A stretch of 64,000 nt of DNA from Oikopleura dioica (taxonomy: Eukaryota > Animalia > Chordata), in the NCBI GenBank assembly GCA_907165135.1, contig OU015568.1, forward strand, positions 3,720,001 to 3,784,000, read 5' to 3'. The first letter of the stretch is position 1. Each line of letters begins with the position of its first letter. Position numbers and translations under genes: made by a program. The notes under the pieces were generated by a model that saw only the letters and a list, made by a program, of their open reading frames with translations, did not search any database and was not told the DNA's origin. Below are positions 62,699-64,000 of this stretch, piece by piece.

Positions 62699-62859
62699 CA
62701 GTGGGTTGCGCAGGTAGTTGACCCTTTGCGATTGCCGCTTTGGTTGCCCCTTCGCCCGCGCTTTTTCTATTGTTTCTTTCTAGACTTGCTCAAAGTGATT
62801 GCAGGATTGGTTGACCCTTCGCCCGCTCTTTAGGGGGCAACTACCTGCGCAACCCACTG
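62699..62859. mobile_element. 161-bp Tc1/mariner-type MITE
   Basis: TA TSD (62697-62698, 62860-62861); perfect 22-bp TIR CAGTGGGTTGCGCAGGTAGTTG. Confidence 0.88.
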
Positions 62860-64000
62860 TATTGAAATGTATTCAAAAGGTTCAAAATTCTGACACCAAA
62901 TATTTGTATGTGTTAGCACAAAATAAATAAAATCAATAAAGATCTTTATTCATAAAATTGCAGTAAATTTTCAGCAAGTCTAAAACGTACAAAAAACGCA
63001 CCAGATCTCCGCGATCATAGACTTAACCGGATCAAAAGCTCCACGATAGGATCAAACGTCAAAAAAAAAGATCGAGAAAATAAAATGTGAGCGCGCGGTC
63101 GGTGGCGCTCCCGAGCGCGCTCATGATTTCTCAGCTCTTCCGACCGTGACTGAAGGACAACATTCGTAAAAAATCGTGTTTTTTTTGGAAGAGAAACTCA
63201 GATTTTGAAACGAAAAAAAAGCATTTCTGTTGATTTTGTTTTTGAAGAAAAAATTTGAAGGTAAAAATTGATTTCCAGGTTTCAAATAAGACAAAAACTT
63301 GAGCCAACTGAGGTTATTCTCATGTTTATATTTCTCATTACTTATCACTTTTGAGAATTGAGGGTTCCTATTTTAATTTCTTCTTTTCGATAAAAATGAG
63401 AAGATGAGACCGGCGAGTCGTCGATTTAACCGATATTATATCGCTCTTCTCTGAAATATACCATCGCTTTATTGTCTCTTGTGCTTCAATCAATTTATCA
63501 AATGATAAAAAAGTCTCACTAAGAATGGTTAAATTTCTCAATTCAAAAATTCTCAATGAAAGATGAGAATTTCAGCGATTGATATTCTTATTGATTTTTC
63601 ATCGCAGAAATATCGCTCGAAAAATCCTTTGCTTTAAAATTTCGACGGATTCACGTCAAATTTCTAAAAATTCGCCCACCATCAGCTGGTTGGCTTTCTG
63701 ATTGTTTTACGAATTTTTACAAAGTTTTCGCGGATTCCGCGTGCGAGCGCTCTTCTTTATGGCAGCTTTGCAAATTTTGTGCGCCGCGACGCAACGTGAT
63801 TTAGATTACGACAAGAGTCGGCCATTTTTTTAATTTAAACCCACGTGATGCACCTGCTTTCCGCCGGAATATATTAAAAAACGACTCCAAGGAGCCCGGG
63901 ATAATAATTTTCGGCGCGCAGGTGTTTTCTTTAGCAGCGAAATCTCAATCAATATTAACGAAAAACTCCCCAGAAAGGTCTTTCTTTTAACGGAAATTCT

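Noticed and set aside
62217-63556. Short ORFs 62217-62471, 63121-63348, 63368-63556
   Set aside because: AT-rich low-complexity translations without motifs or consistent splice structure.

Overview
Compact, intron-rich eukaryotic (animal) DNA. Introns of about 45-60 nt, GA-AG and GC-AG junctions, acceptor-like AG just before start codons and tightly packed co-oriented genes point to the appendicularian tunicate Oikopleura (inference, not a database match). Genes, left to right: ABCG half-transporter (-), obscurin (-), GPI-type Ser/Thr mucin (-), PLA2-like protein (+), 57-aa membrane microprotein (+), motor-less MyTH4-FERM protein (-), prefoldin alpha subunit (-), tRNA-Glu(TTC) (-), astacin mosaic protease with 39 TEPP repeats (+), mucin/lysozyme-like/VWA/EGF protein (-), Cys-rich secreted protein (+), R2B receptor tyrosine phosphatase (+), a likely operon (CDC45-like, acidic SIM protein, DNAJC17, ARCN1) (+), O-fucosyltransferase-family protein (-), B4GALNT-like protein (+) and an 87-aa two-repeat prepropeptide (-). 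At least six families of short non-autonomous DNA transposons are visible. The two strongest leads are a palindromic MITE sitting inside a coding exon of an otherwise intact prefoldin gene, which can only be tolerated if it is spliced out, and a peptide-precursor gene absent from the ORF track. All homology calls are from motif recognition by eye; exon boundaries are manual.
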